64,000 nucleotides of DNA, from IMG/VR virus record IMGVR_UViG_3300035102_000507, one strand, 5' to 3'. Shown here piece by piece: positions 63,430-64,000 of this stretch; position 1 is the first letter of the stretch, and the number at the start of each line of letters is the position of its first letter. Made by a program: the position numbers and the translations under genes. The DNA comes from a virus. The notes below the pieces were generated by a model that saw only the letters and a program-made list of their open reading frames with translations, was not told the origin of the DNA and ran no database searches.

Positions 63430-64000
63430 ATGGCTATGAAGAAAGGGACCCCGCAGTCTGTCGTAAGATTTCAGACCGACAACGATTTGCGGCCCGCAAT
63501 TGCCCGGGCAGCCAAAGCGATCCAGATCGAATCGGGGGAAAAATGCTCGGCTAACGATTTTATTCTGGCGGCGGTTCAGGAAAAGCTGGAGGCCATGGGG
63601 CTTACATCGGGGCTGAATCAGTACGCTATGAAGATGCAGAAGCAGGTCATCGCGCAGAACGGGCCGTATACGATTGTGAATCCGTACTATCTGGAGGAGA
63701 ATCAGGATTCGCAGCGGTATAAATCGCTGAGTGCGCAGCGGACGTCCTTCCTCGAATTTCATAGATACATGTTTTCGCTCTCAGACGAGCGGGTTCAGCG
63801 CTTACACCAAAATTTCAAAGACTACTTTCTTGAACAGCGTTTGTGCGAGAGTGATCACGTATATCTCGATGTGCAACTGCTTCAAGATGCGATCGCATAC
63901 CAGCTAGCGCTTCGCTCTCCGGACATGTTCGATGTTTTCGCAGTGACAAAAGAAATTTCACAATCGTGGCGGTCCAACATCAAGACTGCTATCGACTTCG
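63430..64000 (+). CDS. Ribbon-helix-helix (Arc-like) N-terminal domain protein, 3' end outside the window
   Basis: Translated by hand: MAMKKGTPQSVVRFQTD...SANDFILAAVQEKLEAMG..., open to the window end; AGGA RBS. Confidence 0.6.
   Translation, partial: MAMKKGTPQSVVRFQTDNDLRPAIARAAKAIQIESGEKCSANDFILAAVQEKLEAMGLTSGLNQYAMKMQKQVIAQNGPYTIVNPYYLEENQDSQRYKSLSAQRTSFLEFHRYMFSLSDERVQRLHQNFKDYFLEQRLCESDHVYLDVQLLQDAIAYQLALRSPDMFDVFAVTKEISQSWRSNIKTAIDF

Larger units (their letters stand above)
24062..64000. mobile_element. Prophage B (lambdoid, HK97-type head, siphovirus tail); right end outside the window
   Basis: Runs from the integrase at the att core through immunity, replication, lysis, head and tail modules in canonical order. 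Confidence 0.92.

Noticed and set aside
61982-64000. Diversity-generating retroelement or invertible tail-fibre cassette
   Set aside because: No reverse transcriptase, invertase or duplicated template region within the window.

Overview
The window holds two complete-looking temperate phages back to back, probably in a GC-rich Desulfovibrionaceae-type host (the host is an inference). They meet at the displaced 3' half of a tRNA-Ala(CGC) gene at about 24.06-24.11 kb. Prophage A (1 to ~24.0 kb, nearly all on the minus strand, left end outside the window) runs from a P4/D5-type primase-helicase, a CHC2/Toprim primase and a BRO antirepressor through a lambda-type head (GpA terminase, portal, S49 protease, gpD, gpE) and a lysis cassette to its tail genes. 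A complete KtrB/KtrA potassium-uptake operon is inserted inside its packaging module. Prophage B (~24.1 kb to beyond 64 kb) is lambdoid: integrase/xis, C5 methyltransferase, RdgC/RecT/RecE, HicAB, cI/cro, O/DnaB, RusA, lysis, an HK97-type head and a siphovirus tail. An opposite-strand immI-like cassette sits in its neck module. The most notable unannotated structure is: (1) a module seen three times, in which a small winged-HTH gene is followed by 9-11 bp phased tandem repeats and a -10-only late promoter; (2) two 74-nt C4-like antisense RNAs whose loops co-vary with their target sites over the downstream ribosome-binding sites; (3) the phage-borne KtrAB; and (4) two different sets of integrase arm-type repeats flanking one tRNA fragment. 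All protein family calls come from recognising motifs; no database search was run.
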